64,000 bases of DNA from an uncultured Planctomycetia bacterium (lineage in GTDB: Bacteria > Omnitrophota > Gorgyraeia > Duberdicusellales > 4484-171). Within the stretch, counting starts at the first letter, position 1, and every line of letters starts with the position of its first letter. The position numbers and the translations under genes are program-made. The stretch lies in the NCBI GenBank assembly GCA_964536865.1, contig CAZHYN010000001.1:16195-80194 (forward strand), given 5' to 3'. Positions 40,091 to 51,484 of the stretch are shown piece by piece. Under the pieces are notes generated by a model. The model was not told the origin of the DNA. It saw only the letters and a list, made by a program, of their open reading frames with translations, and did not search any database.

Positions 40091-43000
40091 ATGCCTAAAC
40101 GGAGAGACATAAAAAAAATTCTAATAATTGGTTCTGGCCCCATTGTTATTGGTCAGGCATGTGAATTTGATTACTCAGGGACACAAGCTTGTAAAGCTCT
40201 AAAAGAAGAAGGTTACCAAGTAATTCTTCTTAATTCCAATCCTGCAACGATTATGACTGATCCTGGGTTTGCCGATAGCACTTACATTGAGCCGATAACG
40301 GTAGAAGTTTTAGAAAAGGTAATTGCTCGGGAAAGACCTCAAGCCTGTCTTCCTACCTTGGGAGGACAAACCGGTCTTAACGTTGCTTTTGAGGCTGCCA
40401 AAAGAGGGATATTAGATGCCTACAAGGTGGAGTTAATTGGTGCTAACCGGGAAGCTATTGCCCGTGCCGAGGACAGAAAGCTGTTTAAACTCACTATGGA
40501 AAAAGCAGGGATCCCTTTACCTCGTTCTCGCACTGTCTATTCTCTAAAAGAGGCGGAGGAGGCTTTAGAATTCGTGGGTCTACCTTGTGTAGTAAGACCT
40601 GCGTTTACCTTAGGAGGTACAGGGGGAGGAATTGCTTACAATATTGAAGAGTTTAAAGCAGCTGTTAAACGAGGAATAGATGCCAGTTTAATTGGTGAGG
40701 TTTTGATTGAAGAGTACTTGGAAGGTTGGAAAGAGTTTGAGCTTGAGGTAATGAGAGATAAGAAAGATAACGTGGTTATTATCTGTTCTATAGAAAACTT
40801 TGATCCTATGGGAATTCATACCGGAGATTCTATTACTGTAGCTCCTGCTCAGACTTTGACTGATATAGAGTATCAAAGAATGCGAATCTATGCTATAAGA
40901 GCTATCAGGGCAATAGGAGTAGAGACGGGAGGGAGTAACATTCAATTTGCCATAAATCCTAAGGATGGAAGAATAGTGATTATTGAGATGAATCCCAGAG
41001 TTTCTCGTTCTTCTGCTTTGGCTTCTAAAGCAACAGGATTCCCTATTGCTAAGATTGCTGCTAAATTAGCTGTAGGGTTAACTTTAGATGAGATTCCTAA
41101 TGACATTACCAAAGAAACTCCTGCATCTTTTGAGCCTGCAATAGACTACTGCGTAGTCAAAATTCCTCGTTTTACTTTTGAAAAGTTTCCCAAAGCGGAC
41201 CCTGCTCTTAATACTTCTATGAAGTCAGTAGGGGAGGTGATGGCTATAGGAAGAACATTTAAGGAGGCCCTTCTTAAAGGGATAAGAGCTTTAGAGATTG
41301 GTAAATATGGATTAGAGTCTATGATAGATAAAGAGAAATTGCCTCTGGGAGAGGTAATAGAGAAAGTAAAGCAAAATTTAACCATTCCTAACGCGAAGAG
41401 GATTTTTTATATTGCCGATGCATTTCGTTTAGGATTTAAAGTAGAAGAGGTAGAAGGACTAACTCATATAGATAAGTGGTTCTTAAATAATATAAAAGAG
41501 CTTATTGATTTTGAGGAGAAGTTGAAGAAAGATAAGAAGTTAACTCCTTACATCTTACGAAAAGCAAAAGAGTTAGGTTTCTCTGATATTTACTTAGGTA
41601 AAATCCTTCAGATTTCTTCTGAGAGGATTCGTAAGATTAGAGAAAAAGAGAAGATTTTTGCTGTATACAAATTGGTAGATACCTGTGCAGGTGAATTTGA
41701 AGCTTATACTCCTTACTACTACTCAACCTATGAGTGTGAGTGTGAAGCGAGGGTTTCTCAAAGAAAGAAAGTGATGATTTTAGGAGGTGGTCCTAACCGG
41801 ATTGGTCAGGGGATTGAGTTTGACTACTGTTGTGTACACGCTGCCTTTGCTCTGAGAGAAGAAGGTATTGAGGTAATTATGGTAAATTGTAATCCCGAGA
41901 CGGTTTCTACTGATTATGATACCTCTGATAAGCTTTACTTTGAGCCAATAACCTTGGAGGATGTTTTAAATATTGTCCGTAAAGAGTCTCCCTGGGGAGT
42001 GATTCTCCAGTTCGGTGGTCAAACTCCTCTTAACTTAGCTTTGGGATTAGAGAAAGAAAAGGTAAATATTTTAGGAACAAAGGCAAAGTATATAGATATT
42101 GCTGAAGATAGGGATAAATTTAGGAGCCTTCTCTTAAAGTTAGGACTTAGACAACCGGAGAGCGGGATCGCTAAAAGTTTGGAGGAAGCAAAAAAGATAG
42201 CTTTTCAGATTGGCTTTCCTGTTTTAGTAAGGCCCTCCTACGTTTTAGGAGGTAGGGCAATGGAGATAGTCTACGACTTAGAAACTCTGGAGGGTTTTGT
42301 AAAGGAAGCTTTAGAATACTCTATGAATCAGACTATCCTTATTGATAAGTTCCTTGAAGATGCTATTGAGGTAGATGTGGATTTGATCGGCGATGGGAAG
42401 AATTTTGTTATTGGAGGTATCTTAGAGCACATTGAGGAAGCAGGGATTCATTCTGGAGATAGCGCAATGTGTCTTCCTCCTTTTAGCCTCCCTAAAGAGA
42501 TAGTAGACAAGATTAGAGAAGCAAGCTATGCCCTAGCAAGAGAACTAAATATTGTAGGTCTTATGAATCTCCAGCTAGCAGTGAAGAATCGCTCTATTTT
42601 TGTTCTAGAGGTGAACCCTCGAGCGTCAAGAACAGTTCCTTTTGTTTCTAAAGCTATAGGTGTAGCTCTGGCCAAATTAGCGGCTAAGGTAATGGCAGGC
42701 AATACCTTAAAACAGTTAGGATTTACCAAGGAGATAGTTCCTCTCTATCGGTGTGTGAAAGAAAGTGTTTTCCCTTTTAATCGTTTTCTAGGAGTAGATA
42801 TAATCTTGGGTCCTGAGATGAAATCTACTGGGGAGGTTATGGGAATAGATTTTGAATTTGGAAGAGCTTATCTTAAGAGCCAATTAGGAGCTTCACAGAA
42901 TTTACCTAAAGGAGGAGTGGTGTTTATCTCAGTAAGAGATAAAGATAAGAAAGGTATTGTTCCTGTAGCCAAGAGATTGAAAGAGCTAGGATTCAAAATC

Positions 43001-43327
43001 TTAACTACTCAAGGGACAGGGAAAATACTAAAGGAAGAAGGAATCGATGTAAAAGTCCTTCCTAAGCTTGCTGAAGGAAGACCCAATATTATAGACTACA
43101 TAAAAAACAAACAAGTTCATCTTATTATTAATACTCCCTCGGGAAGAATCCCCCGTAAAGATGAAACAGTGATAAGAAGTACAGCAACTCTTTATAGGGT
43201 TCCTTGCATTACTACTGTAAGTGGAGCCATTGCTTCTACCAAGGCTATAGAGGTTCTCCTCTCCCACGATGTAGAGGTGAAAAGTATTCAAGAATATCAT
43301 CATCTTCTGAACTCTTCTCAATTTTAG
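40091..43327 (+). CDS. carB: Carbamoyl-phosphate synthase large subunit
   Basis: 1078 aa with duplicated ATP-grasp halves and MGS-like C-terminal domain. Confidence 0.95.
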   Translation: MPKRRDIKKILIIGSGPIVIGQACEFDYSGTQACKALKEEGYQVILLNSNPATIMTDPGFADSTYIEPITVEVLEKVIARERPQACLPTLGGQTGLNVAFEAAKRGILDAYKVELIGANREAIARAEDRKLFKLTMEKAGIPLPRSRTVYSLKEAEEALEFVGLPCVVRPAFTLGGTGGGIAYNIEEFKAAVKRGIDASLIGEVLIEEYLEGWKEFELEVMRDKKDNVVIICSIENFDPMGIHTGDSITVAPAQTLTDIEYQRMRIYAIRAIRAIGVETGGSNIQFAINPKDGRIVIIEMNPRVSRSSALASKATGFPIAKIAAKLAVGLTLDEIPNDITKETPASFEPAIDYCVVKIPRFTFEKFPKADPALNTSMKSVGEVMAIGRTFKEALLKGIRALEIGKYGLESMIDKEKLPLGEVIEKVKQNLTIPNAKRIFYIADAFRLGFKVEEVEGLTHIDKWFLNNIKELIDFEEKLKKDKKLTPYILRKAKELGFSDIYLGKILQISSERIRKIREKEKIFAVYKLVDTCAGEFEAYTPYYYSTYECECEARVSQRKKVMILGGGPNRIGQGIEFDYCCVHAAFALREEGIEVIMVNCNPETVSTDYDTSDKLYFEPITLEDVLNIVRKESPWGVILQFGGQTPLNLALGLEKEKVNILGTKAKYIDIAEDRDKFRSLLLKLGLRQPESGIAKSLEEAKKIAFQIGFPVLVRPSYVLGGRAMEIVYDLETLEGFVKEALEYSMNQTILIDKFLEDAIEVDVDLIGDGKNFVIGGILEHIEEAGIHSGDSAMCLPPFSLPKEIVDKIREASYALARELNIVGLMNLQLAVKNRSIFVLEVNPRASRTVPFVSKAIGVALAKLAAKVMAGNTLKQLGFTKEIVPLYRCVKESVFPFNRFLGVDIILGPEMKSTGEVMGIDFEFGRAYLKSQLGASQNLPKGGVVFISVRDKDKKGIVPVAKRLKELGFKILTTQGTGKILKEEGIDVKVLPKLAEGRPNIIDYIKNKQVHLIINTPSGRIPRKDETVIRSTATLYRVPCITTVSGAIASTKAIEVLLSHDVEVKSIQEYHHLLNSSQF

Positions 43328-43401
43328 CACACAAAATATAGTATAAAACTACCCCCTGCACTATATATAGAAAAATTTCCTTATAAAGAAAAAGAATTTT
43401 C

Positions 43402-43430
43402 TTGACAGCTTTAAAAGTAAGTAATATAAG
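43402..43430 (+). promoter_or_regulatory. Sigma70-type promoter ahead of the accessory secretin locus
   Basis: TTGACA (43402-43407), 17-nt spacer, TATAAG (43425-43430). Confidence 0.5.
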
Positions 43431-43492
43431 TAAAGCAGTTAAAGTAAATACTGTAATTACACAAAAATGTTTTAAAGAGGGGATGATGAGTT

Positions 43493-43729
43493 ATGGAAGG
43501 ACAAAATAAGAAATTAATTTCTGCGAAGGAGATAGCAAAAAAGTTCAATATTCCTTACTCTACAGTTAATCACTATACTAACCTTGGTTTTCTTTCTGTG
43601 GTAAAAAGGAAAGGGAATATGCGTTTTTATGAGGAAACCAAAGTTAAAGAGCGCCTTAAAAGAATTCTTCACCTTAAGGACGAAGGTTACCCTTTAAGGC
43701 TTATATTTAAGATGCTCAATGGCAGGTAA
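43493..43729 (+). CDS. Small MerR-family HTH DNA-binding protein
   Basis: ISAKEIAKKFNIPYSTVNHYTNLGFL helix-turn-helix; 78 aa. Confidence 0.6.
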   Translation: MEGQNKKLISAKEIAKKFNIPYSTVNHYTNLGFLSVVKRKGNMRFYEETKVKERLKRILHLKDEGYPLRLIFKMLNGR

Positions 43730-43745
43730 AAAGTAGAGGGGAGAG

Positions 43746-44606
43746 ATGAGTTACTTTAAGATCCTTGGTTTTGATAAAGAGCCATTTTCTACGAGCCCAG
43801 ATCCTGATTTCTTCTATTTAGCTAAGGATCATGAGACAGCTCTAGTTAACACCCTAATTGAGTTAAGATTACGTCGAGGTTTAACAGTTGTTCTAGGAGA
43901 CATTGGCACAGGTAAAACTACTCTCTCAAGAAAGTTAATTCAGGAATTGAGAGAAAGAGAAGATTTTATTTTTCATATAATTTTAGATCCTTTCTTTGAA
44001 AATCAAACAGAGTTTCTTTATTATCTCATAAGTAGTTTTGAAATACCATTCTCTACCAATTTAACTACTCTCACTCTTAAGGAAAGTTTAGAGAAATTCC
44101 TTTTTCAAAAAGGAGTGATAGAAAATAAAATAGTAGTGCTCATCATTGACGAAGCTCAAAAACTTAGCGATTTTACTTTAGAAATGTTAAGAATTCTTCT
44201 TAACTACGAAACTAACGAATTTAAACTTCTTCAATTAGTTCTTTTAGGACAACTGGAGCTTCACACCAAAATCATGAGTATTCCCAATTTTTTCGATAGG
44301 ATAAGTTTCAAATACACTCTTAATCCTTTAAGTTTTGAAGAAACCAAAGATATGATTGAATTTCGCATTCGTCAAGCAGGATATAAGGCGAGAATGCGTC
44401 TTTTTTTAGATGAGGCAGTAGAAGAGATTTATGGATATACTAAAGGGTATCCTCGCCGAATAACTATGCTTTGTCATAGGGCCCTTAAAGAGTTGGTAAT
44501 GAGAAATAAGGTAGTGGTAGATAGAAAGTTAATCAGAGGTATTGTGGAAGAGGAGATCAAAACAGGATGGTATCGGGATCCTCTACTCCCGAAAGGGAGT
44601 TATTGA
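43746..44606 (+). CDS. ExeA/GspA/MshM-like AAA ATPase
   Basis: AAA_22-type Walker A LGDIGTGKTTL, Walker B VLIIDEAQ; 286 aa. Confidence 0.75.
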   Translation: MSYFKILGFDKEPFSTSPDPDFFYLAKDHETALVNTLIELRLRRGLTVVLGDIGTGKTTLSRKLIQELREREDFIFHIILDPFFENQTEFLYYLISSFEIPFSTNLTTLTLKESLEKFLFQKGVIENKIVVLIIDEAQKLSDFTLEMLRILLNYETNEFKLLQLVLLGQLELHTKIMSIPNFFDRISFKYTLNPLSFEETKDMIEFRIRQAGYKARMRLFLDEAVEEIYGYTKGYPRRITMLCHRALKELVMRNKVVVDRKLIRGIVEEEIKTGWYRDPLLPKGSY

Positions 44607-45226
44607 AACTCATTGAGGCAGAAAAGAAAAGTTCCTCTAGGGGAGGAGAGGTAAAAAAACGGTTACGTTTCTCTTTCCTAGGAGCTCTTAGAGGACGGTG
44701 GGCCTTCTTTAAGGAGGCCTTTTCTACTAATCGTAAAGTGTTTGTAGGAGATATTAGCTTGATTAATCGAATTCTTATGGGAGTAGCTATCCTTCTCGGT
44801 TTTTATGTAGTGGTAAACAACACTCTTTCTTTTCTCGCTCTACCTCGAAAGATAGAAAAGACTATGCAGGTAAAAACTAGGAATTTTAAGATTTCTTCTT
44901 TGAAGGAGTTATCTATTCTAAAAGAAGCTTCCTACTATTTAGATAAAGTAAAAAAGAGAGATATCTTTGCAATGGTGATAGAGAAGCCCAAAGTGAAAGA
45001 AAAGGAGGAGAAAAAGTTAATTAAAGAAGTAGAAGAGAAAACAAAAGATTTAAAATTGGTAGGGATTGCCTGGTCAGACAATCCTGATGCTATGATTGAG
45101 GATACCAAGGTAGAAAAGACCTATTTTGTCAAACAGGGAGATATTATAAATGGTGTAAGGATAGAGAGGATTTTTAGAGATAAAGTGGTGTTAACCTATA
45201 AAGGAGAAAAGATAGAGTTAAAATGA
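44567..45226 (+). CDS. Bitopic inner-membrane protein, possible secretin-coupling partner (GspB/GspC/PilP-like)
   Basis: Single TM (ILMGVAILLGFYVVV) with a periplasmic C-terminal beta-rich domain; sits between the ExeA-like and secretin genes. Confidence 0.45.
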   Translation: MVSGSSTPERELLKLIEAEKKSSSRGGEVKKRLRFSFLGALRGRWAFFKEAFSTNRKVFVGDISLINRILMGVAILLGFYVVVNNTLSFLALPRKIEKTMQVKTRNFKISSLKELSILKEASYYLDKVKKRDIFAMVIEKPKVKEKEEKKLIKEVEEKTKDLKLVGIAWSDNPDAMIEDTKVEKTYFVKQGDIINGVRIERIFRDKVVLTYKGEKIELK

Positions 45227-46962
45227 GAAGCAAGTTTATTACTTTGTCTATCTTATTTCTCTTATCTATTAATTTTTCCTTTTTGTATGCGGATTTAGTT
45301 TCCTCAACTAATGAGAAGATAAATAGAGATTCCTCTAGAGAAATGGAAGAGAGGATTTCTTTAGATCTGCGGAATATCGATATAGTAGATGCTCTTAAAT
45401 TTTTAGCAGAGAAAGCAGGAATAAATATCGTTACTACTAAAAAAGTTAGCGGGAGAGTGACTCTCAAGGTAGACAACGTTCCTATAAAGGATATTTTTGA
45501 TGTGATGCTTCGTTCTAACAATTTAGCTTATGATAAGAAGGGGAATATTTACAATGTAATGACTGAAGAAGAATACAAAGCTCTATATGGGAAGAAGTTT
45601 TCCGACCCCCGTCAAGTAAAGATAATTGATCTTAAGTATGCACTCCCTGAGCAGATATTTTCTTTATGTGATGTTTTAAAGAGCGATATAGGAAGAATAT
45701 TGGTTAATCCAGAGTCAGGTAAAGTGGTGATTATGGATTCTCCTGAGAAGATTAAGGAGATTGAGGAGGCTATCGAGCGATTTGAAAAAAAGAATGTAGT
45801 TAAAGTTTTTGATATAAACTATGGAGACGCTAAAGAGATTGCTGAACGTCTCAGGAGCCAACTGGAAGCTAAAAAAGTCGGTACAGTTCAGGCAGAGGAG
45901 GCTACCAATCAGATAATTATACAGACTCTTCCCGAGAGGATGAAGGAGATAGAGAGAATAATTAAGAAATTGGATAGGAAAACTAAAGAAGTTTTAATAG
46001 AGGGTAAAATTATAAAGGTAAAGTTCTCTAAGAGTCTAACAGAGAGTGTGGAATGGGAAGGGCTTTTTGATATTGCAAGAAAGCATGGACTAACTTATCT
46101 GGGTACTTATCCTTTTAGCGCTGTTCAAGCTACTACCGATGCTTGGCGTTCACGAAAGCAGGTCTGGCAGGATACAGGGTATGTAGGTTCTTACCCTTTC
46201 AGTGGTACCACTTCTAATTACTCAGCAGGGAAACCTAAAATGGGGTTAGAGGAAATGCATATAGGTATTATTGGTAAACATGATTTTGATGCTTTAATAA
46301 AATCCTTTAGGGAGATAGGGGAAACCCAGATTATTTCCACCCCTAAAATTATTATTACGGATAACCAGGAAGCTAATCTTCATGTAGGGGAAAGACAGGC
46401 ATATGTTACTACCACTACAACTACTGGTCAGACTACTAGTACAGTTTCTGAAGAGGTCAACTTCGTAGATGTGGGAACAATTCTTTCTCTAACTCCTAAA
46501 ATAAACGAAGAAGGGTATATAACTTTAAAGATAAAGGCAGAGGTTAGTACGGTAATCTCAGAGTTGATTACTCCTACAGAGAACAAAATTCCTATAATTG
46601 ATACATCTACCGCTGAAACTACAGTGATGGTTAAAGATGGTACTCCTATTTTAATCGGAGGACTAAGGAAGGAGGAGAAAGGATTAACTTCTAAGAAAGT
46701 TCCCTTTCTAGGAGATATACCTCTTTTAGGGAAATTATTCACTTCTTATGAACCTACGCAAGGAAGGACAGAGCTGTTGATTGTTTTAACTCCTAGAATT
46801 ATAAGGGGAGATATGTTTGTAGGATATACCAAAAAGAATGTGGGGCAGAAGCCTATAAAGGGAGAGAAGGTTTACTGGGAGGTAAAGCTTAAAGAGAAAA
46901 AGGAGCTGGAGAAAGAGCTCCCTTTAACTAAAGAAAGTAAATTTAAGGGGTTTAAATTCTAA
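45223..46962 (+). CDS. Secretin (GspD/PilQ/MshL family), paralog 1
   Basis: Signal peptide, N-terminal secretin-N-like domains, and C-terminal secretin core (ISTPKIIITDNQEANLHVGE...LIVLTPRI). Confidence 0.8.
   Translation: MRSKFITLSILFLLSINFSFLYADLVSSTNEKINRDSSREMEERISLDLRNIDIVDALKFLAEKAGINIVTTKKVSGRVTLKVDNVPIKDIFDVMLRSNNLAYDKKGNIYNVMTEEEYKALYGKKFSDPRQVKIIDLKYALPEQIFSLCDVLKSDIGRILVNPESGKVVIMDSPEKIKEIEEAIERFEKKNVVKVFDINYGDAKEIAERLRSQLEAKKVGTVQAEEATNQIIIQTLPERMKEIERIIKKLDRKTKEVLIEGKIIKVKFSKSLTESVEWEGLFDIARKHGLTYLGTYPFSAVQATTDAWRSRKQVWQDTGYVGSYPFSGTTSNYSAGKPKMGLEEMHIGIIGKHDFDALIKSFREIGETQIISTPKIIITDNQEANLHVGERQAYVTTTTTTGQTTSTVSEEVNFVDVGTILSLTPKINEEGYITLKIKAEVSTVISELITPTENKIPIIDTSTAETTVMVKDGTPILIGGLRKEEKGLTSKKVPFLGDIPLLGKLFTSYEPTQGRTELLIVLTPRIIRGDMFVGYTKKNVGQKPIKGEKVYWEVKLKEKKELEKELPLTKESKFKGFKF
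46143..46208 (+). repeat. Near-identical 66-nt block shared by the two secretin paralogs (copy 1)
   Basis: TTGGCGTTCACGAAAGCAGGTCTGGCAGGATAC is identical over 33 nt to 49054-49086, and the next 33 nt have about 6 mismatches; encodes WRSRKQVWQDTGYVGSYPFSGT in both. Confidence 0.8.
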
Positions 46963-48161
46963 TGGGGAATTTTTTTAAGAGAGCTTCTTTCTTTCTTATC
47001 TTAAGTATCTTAAGTATAAGTGTGGGGATTTTTGCTTTTTTAGGTTACCAAAGAGTTTCAATAAAGTCAAAGGCCAATACGGGATGTCTTCAGTTAGTTG
47101 AGGATTACACTAATTTAGTCAAGGAATTAGCGAAGTTTAAGGCTAAGGCAGACTCTTTAGAAGTAGACAATAAGATGCTAGTTGAAGAAATGGATCGTTT
47201 GGAGAAGCAGTTAAAGGAAGTTAAGTCAGCAAAGGAAGAGGTCATTAAACAGCTTCTTGTTTTGAAAAAAGAGTGTTCCAGAAAAGAAAAGGAGTACCAT
47301 TCTCTTAGAGAGAGAGTACAGATTTTAGAGAAAGAGAAAAAGAAATTATCTCAGGACAATGTAGCTTTAAATAATGTGGTGAAAAAATTAGAAAGAGACT
47401 TAACTCAGTATAAGAGCAGGTTAGAAGAGTATAAAAAAAAGGTGGCTAAAGAGAGTGAGCTTCCAGAGGATATTAAGGAACTTAAGAGTGTGCTAGAAGA
47501 AAAGAGAAGAAAGTTTTTCCAAGGATATACGGAGCTACAGAAGAGGGCACTTACTTTAGAAAAAGAAAATCAGCGGCTTACTAACCTTCTTAAGAAAACC
47601 CAGGAAGAGCTCGCTAAATTGGAGAAAGAAAACAAAGAGATTAATTCTTCCTTAAAGAGGCAAAAAGTCTTACTGGCTGAGATAGAAACTGATAGGGATT
47701 TTTACAAAATAGAGGGAGAAAAATCTAGAATAGAACTTAAAAAGTGTAATCAGACCCTTTTTCAACTCCAAAATAAATACAGTGCTGTTTTAAGAGAAAA
47801 TCAGGATCTTAAAGCAAAAATTGAGGTTATGCCCCGTAAGCTTATGGAGCTATCTCAATTAAATAAAGAACTTCTTAAGGAGAAAGCACGCCTCCACTAT
47901 AACTTAGGGGTTTTTTACACCCAAAAAGGAGAGTACAAAAAAGCAATTAAAGAATTTCAAGAAGTTTTAAAGGTAGACCCTAACGATGCCGATACGCATT
48001 ATAATTTAGGAGTAATATACTCTGAGTATGAGGTAGATAATGAAAAAGCAATAGACCATTTCAGAAAGTACTTAGGGTTAGCTCCTCAAGATATCTACGC
48101 TGACAAGGTAAGAGAATATCTTGTCTCTCAAGAAGTGGTTAAGGGGGATAAAGCTAAATGA
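46962..48161 (+). CDS. Membrane-anchored coiled-coil protein with C-terminal TPR repeats, paralog 1
   Basis: N-terminal TM, about 270 aa of heptad-rich K/E/L sequence, C-terminal TPR (HYNLGVFYTQKGEYKKAIKEF...HYNLGVIY). Confidence 0.65.
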   Translation: MGNFFKRASFFLILSILSISVGIFAFLGYQRVSIKSKANTGCLQLVEDYTNLVKELAKFKAKADSLEVDNKMLVEEMDRLEKQLKEVKSAKEEVIKQLLVLKKECSRKEKEYHSLRERVQILEKEKKKLSQDNVALNNVVKKLERDLTQYKSRLEEYKKKVAKESELPEDIKELKSVLEEKRRKFFQGYTELQKRALTLEKENQRLTNLLKKTQEELAKLEKENKEINSSLKRQKVLLAEIETDRDFYKIEGEKSRIELKKCNQTLFQLQNKYSAVLRENQDLKAKIEVMPRKLMELSQLNKELLKEKARLHYNLGVFYTQKGEYKKAIKEFQEVLKVDPNDADTHYNLGVIYSEYEVDNEKAIDHFRKYLGLAPQDIYADKVREYLVSQEVVKGDKAK

Positions 48162-49915
48162 GAAAAGTTATTATCTCTTTTATAATTTTATCGATTTTAA
48201 TAGTCTATCCAGGGTTTCCTTTTTCCTCCAGAGAGGAAAATGATAAATTATCTAAAAGAATTTCTCTAAATTTCCAAAATATTGATATTCTAGAAGCATT
48301 AAAGTATATTGCTATAAAAGGAGGGATAAATATTATTCCTACCAGAAAAGTTTCAGGGAGGGTAACTCTTAAGGTAGATAACGCTCCTATAAAAGATATT
48401 TTTGATATTATGCTCCGCTCCAATAATTTAGCCTATGATAAGAAAGGGAGTATCTACAATGTGATGACTGAAGAAGAGTATAAAGCCCTCTATGGTAAAA
48501 GTTTTTCTGATACTAGGAAAGTGAAAGTATTCCATCTTACTTACGCTATACCAGAGCAGATTATGAAACTCTGTGAGAATATGAAAAGTGAGATTGGAAA
48601 GATATTTTTGGATTCTGAATCGGGTAGTTTAGTAGTAATTGATACTCCTCAGAATATAGAAGAGATAAGCAAAGCTATAGAAGATATAGAGAGCAAAAAA
48701 ACGGTGATTAAAGTATTTGATTTAAAGTACGCTAATGCTAAAGTTATAGCCGATAAGCTTAAGGAGCAAATTACTAAAAAAGGCATAGGATTTGTTCAAG
48801 CAGATGAAGCTACCAGTCAAGTAGTTGTACGAACCCTGCCAGAGAGGATGGAAGAAGTTGAAAAGATAGTTGAGGAGCTGGATAAGAAGACAAAAGAAGT
48901 GTTAATAGATGCAAAAATCGTCAAAATTACCTTCTCTCGAGAGCTAACCCGAGGAATAGAGTGGGAAGGGCTTTTTGATGTAGCAAGAAAGTACGGTCTT
49001 ACTTATATTGGTTCCTACCCTTTTAGTTTCGTAAGTCATACCACTACAGGCAGTTGGCGTTCACGAAAGCAGGTCTGGCAGGATACCGGATACGTTGGTT
49101 CTTACCCTTTCAGTGGTACAGCTTTTAATTATTCTAATAGCGGTAAAGTAGTAGGGGTTGAAAAGCTTCATGTAGGAGTGATAGGAAAGCATGATGTTGA
49201 TGCTCTATTTAAGTATCTCAACACTTTAGGGGAGACAAAAATTGTAGCTAATCCTAAACTAGCGGTAGTAAACAATCAGGAAGCACGCATTCACATTGGA
49301 GAAAAACAAGCCTATATTACAAATACCACTACTCAGACAGCAAGTACCACTACGGTAGCGGAGGAAGTTACCTTTGTAGATACAGGAATTCAACTTTCCG
49401 TCACTCCAACCATAAATGAAGAGGGTTTTGTTACTATAAAGTTGAAACCGGAAATAAGCAGTGTAGCTTCTTATTTAGTTACTGCCTCCAATAATAAGAT
49501 TCCCATAATCACCACCTCCACCGCAGAAACAACAGTAATTGTAAAAAATGCCACCACCATTATTATTGGGGGCCTAAAAGAAGAGAAGGAGGAGAAAAGT
49601 TCCAAGGAAGTTCCTGTGTTAAGTAAGATTCCTATGATAGGAGCCTTTTTTTCCTCAAAAAATAAAACCAAAACTCGCTCAGAACTTCTTATCTTGGTCA
49701 CTCCCCATATAATTAAAGGGGATGAGCTTACTACTGGATATCAGAGAGATTTTGGGCATCGTCTGGATAAAGAGGATCAACCTTACGCTTCCTTCTCTCC
49801 CCAAAAAATAGAATTTGAGTGCAAACCTTATCAATCTTATCCTCGCTTAGATGAAAAGGAGTCTTTTAAATTAAAGCCAGCAAGGGTTTCTTATGAAGAA
49901 GATCCCAAAGGTTGA
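48158..49915 (+). CDS. Secretin (GspD/PilQ/MshL family), paralog 2
   Basis: About 65% aa identity to the 45223-46962 ORF over the N-terminal domains; same secretin core. Confidence 0.8.
   Translation: MRKVIISFIILSILIVYPGFPFSSREENDKLSKRISLNFQNIDILEALKYIAIKGGINIIPTRKVSGRVTLKVDNAPIKDIFDIMLRSNNLAYDKKGSIYNVMTEEEYKALYGKSFSDTRKVKVFHLTYAIPEQIMKLCENMKSEIGKIFLDSESGSLVVIDTPQNIEEISKAIEDIESKKTVIKVFDLKYANAKVIADKLKEQITKKGIGFVQADEATSQVVVRTLPERMEEVEKIVEELDKKTKEVLIDAKIVKITFSRELTRGIEWEGLFDVARKYGLTYIGSYPFSFVSHTTTGSWRSRKQVWQDTGYVGSYPFSGTAFNYSNSGKVVGVEKLHVGVIGKHDVDALFKYLNTLGETKIVANPKLAVVNNQEARIHIGEKQAYITNTTTQTASTTTVAEEVTFVDTGIQLSVTPTINEEGFVTIKLKPEISSVASYLVTASNNKIPIITTSTAETTVIVKNATTIIIGGLKEEKEEKSSKEVPVLSKIPMIGAFFSSKNKTKTRSELLILVTPHIIKGDELTTGYQRDFGHRLDKEDQPYASFSPQKIEFECKPYQSYPRLDEKESFKLKPARVSYEEDPKG
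49054..49119 (+). repeat. Near-identical 66-nt block shared by the two secretin paralogs (copy 2)
   Basis: See copy 1. Confidence 0.8.
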
Positions 49916-50870
49916 GAAAGTTGACCTAAATAAGATATCTTTATCTTTGGTACTTTTTATTTCTTTTCTCTACTTTCCCTACGTTTATACCCAAGAGAAG
50001 AGTGTTTCTTTAAAGGAGGAATATCGGAAACTAAAGGAGGCATATGATCAGGTAGTTAAAGACAGAGATAATCTTTTATTTCAGGCAAAAAATCTCCTGA
50101 AGTATAAAAAGAAGGTTAGGGAGCTGGAGAAAGAGCTCCAAGATTTACTCAAAGAGAAAGAGAAGTTTGATTTAGAGATTAAAAAAAGGGAAGACTATAT
50201 TAAAGAGCTTAAGAAGAAAATTAAGGAGCTTACCCAAGAAAATACTCAGCAGTTGGAGCAAATCGCGGCTTTAAAAAATTATATTGAAAAGATGGAGGTT
50301 GAATATAAAATAATTAATGAGACAAGGAAGAAAATTAAGGAGTTAAAGGACGAAAAAAGAAAGTTAAAAGGTGAGATAAGGAAATTAACTGCTAAGATAA
50401 AGAAGCTAGAGGACGAAAAGATCGATTTAAAAGCAGAGACTTTGGTATATAAGAGGCAATTCTACGAAATAAGGAGAAAGTATGAGGAGGCATTAGCTAA
50501 GAATAGAAGATTGGAAAAAAAATTAGCTGAGGTTCCTAAAAAGTTTGCTGAGATTGCTAGAGAAAATAAAGCTCTTATAAAAGAAACTGCGTTGATGCAT
50601 TATAACTTAGGAGTTTTTTATACCCAACATAAGGAGTATAAGCGAGCAATTGCTGAATTTGAAAAAGCAATTGAGCTTAATCCTGACGACCCTTATGCTC
50701 ATTTTAATCTTGGTTATATTTATGCTGAGTATCTCCTAAATCGTCCCAAGGCTATAGAACATTTCAGGCATTACCTCCGGTTGGCAGATAAGAACGATAA
50801 AGATGTTGATTGGGTAAAAAAATATATTCTCACTTGGCAGGCTTGGGAAGGAAAGACCCCTCTTAAGTGA
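49893..50870 (+). CDS. Membrane-anchored coiled-coil protein with C-terminal TPR repeats, paralog 2
   Basis: Same architecture as the 46962-48161 ORF; shared LHYNLGVFYTQ...NLG(V/Y)IY(S/A)EY TPR block. Confidence 0.65.
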   Translation: MKKIPKVEKVDLNKISLSLVLFISFLYFPYVYTQEKSVSLKEEYRKLKEAYDQVVKDRDNLLFQAKNLLKYKKKVRELEKELQDLLKEKEKFDLEIKKREDYIKELKKKIKELTQENTQQLEQIAALKNYIEKMEVEYKIINETRKKIKELKDEKRKLKGEIRKLTAKIKKLEDEKIDLKAETLVYKRQFYEIRRKYEEALAKNRRLEKKLAEVPKKFAEIARENKALIKETALMHYNLGVFYTQHKEYKRAIAEFEKAIELNPDDPYAHFNLGYIYAEYLLNRPKAIEHFRHYLRLADKNDKDVDWVKKYILTWQAWEGKTPLK

Positions 50871-50885
50871 AAGAAAGGAGGATTT

Positions 50886-51464
50886 ATGAGAAGAACTATT
50901 TTTATTTTAATTAGTATTATACTTACTCTTTCTCTTATGGATAATATAGAGGCTTCCTCTGGGAGAGTTCCAAGGGAGGAAAAAGAAGGTGCTGGTCCTC
51001 CTCAAGTATCCAGAGAAACTGCCCCCTCCAAAAAAGAAGCAGTTAGATCTCTTTCTAAAGAAAGACAAAAGAAACTAGAGGCAAAGCGTCTTCAGAAAGA
51101 GAAGGAGCTTTTACAAAAGAAGAAAAAAGCATTAAATAACACTGAATGGGATATAGAAATTGTTCCTATAGGTAGAAAAGGTAGAAAGACCAAAGACACC
51201 TTAATTTTTAAAGATATGAAAGTTTTTTCTAAGAATCTAAAAAATAAAAAATTCTCCCCTACTAACTACTCCTTACATCTTAATCAGGATGGAACTTTAG
51301 TCTGGGAAACTATGCAGACAAATCAGGATGGAAAGATTGTGTTCTGGCGAGGAGAGGTTACCCCAGATATGAGGTTTATGAGAGGGATAATTACTTTTCC
51401 TGATGAGGAGAAAAATAAAGATTTTAGTTTTAAGAGTACAGCTAAAAGAATTTTGGCTCCTTAA
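50886..51464 (+). CDS. Secreted/periplasmic hypothetical protein
   Basis: Signal peptide MRRTIFILISIILTLSL; K/E-rich N-terminal half. Confidence 0.5.
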   Translation: MRRTIFILISIILTLSLMDNIEASSGRVPREEKEGAGPPQVSRETAPSKKEAVRSLSKERQKKLEAKRLQKEKELLQKKKKALNNTEWDIEIVPIGRKGRKTKDTLIFKDMKVFSKNLKNKKFSPTNYSLHLNQDGTLVWETMQTNQDGKIVFWRGEVTPDMRFMRGIITFPDEEKNKDFSFKSTAKRILAP

Positions 51465-51484
51465 AATAACGAGGGAGGTGATTT

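Noticed and set aside
40688-43330. Several minus-strand ORFs (40688-40945, 41146-41385, 42526-42729, 43028-43330)
   Set aside because: Antisense within carB; spurious.
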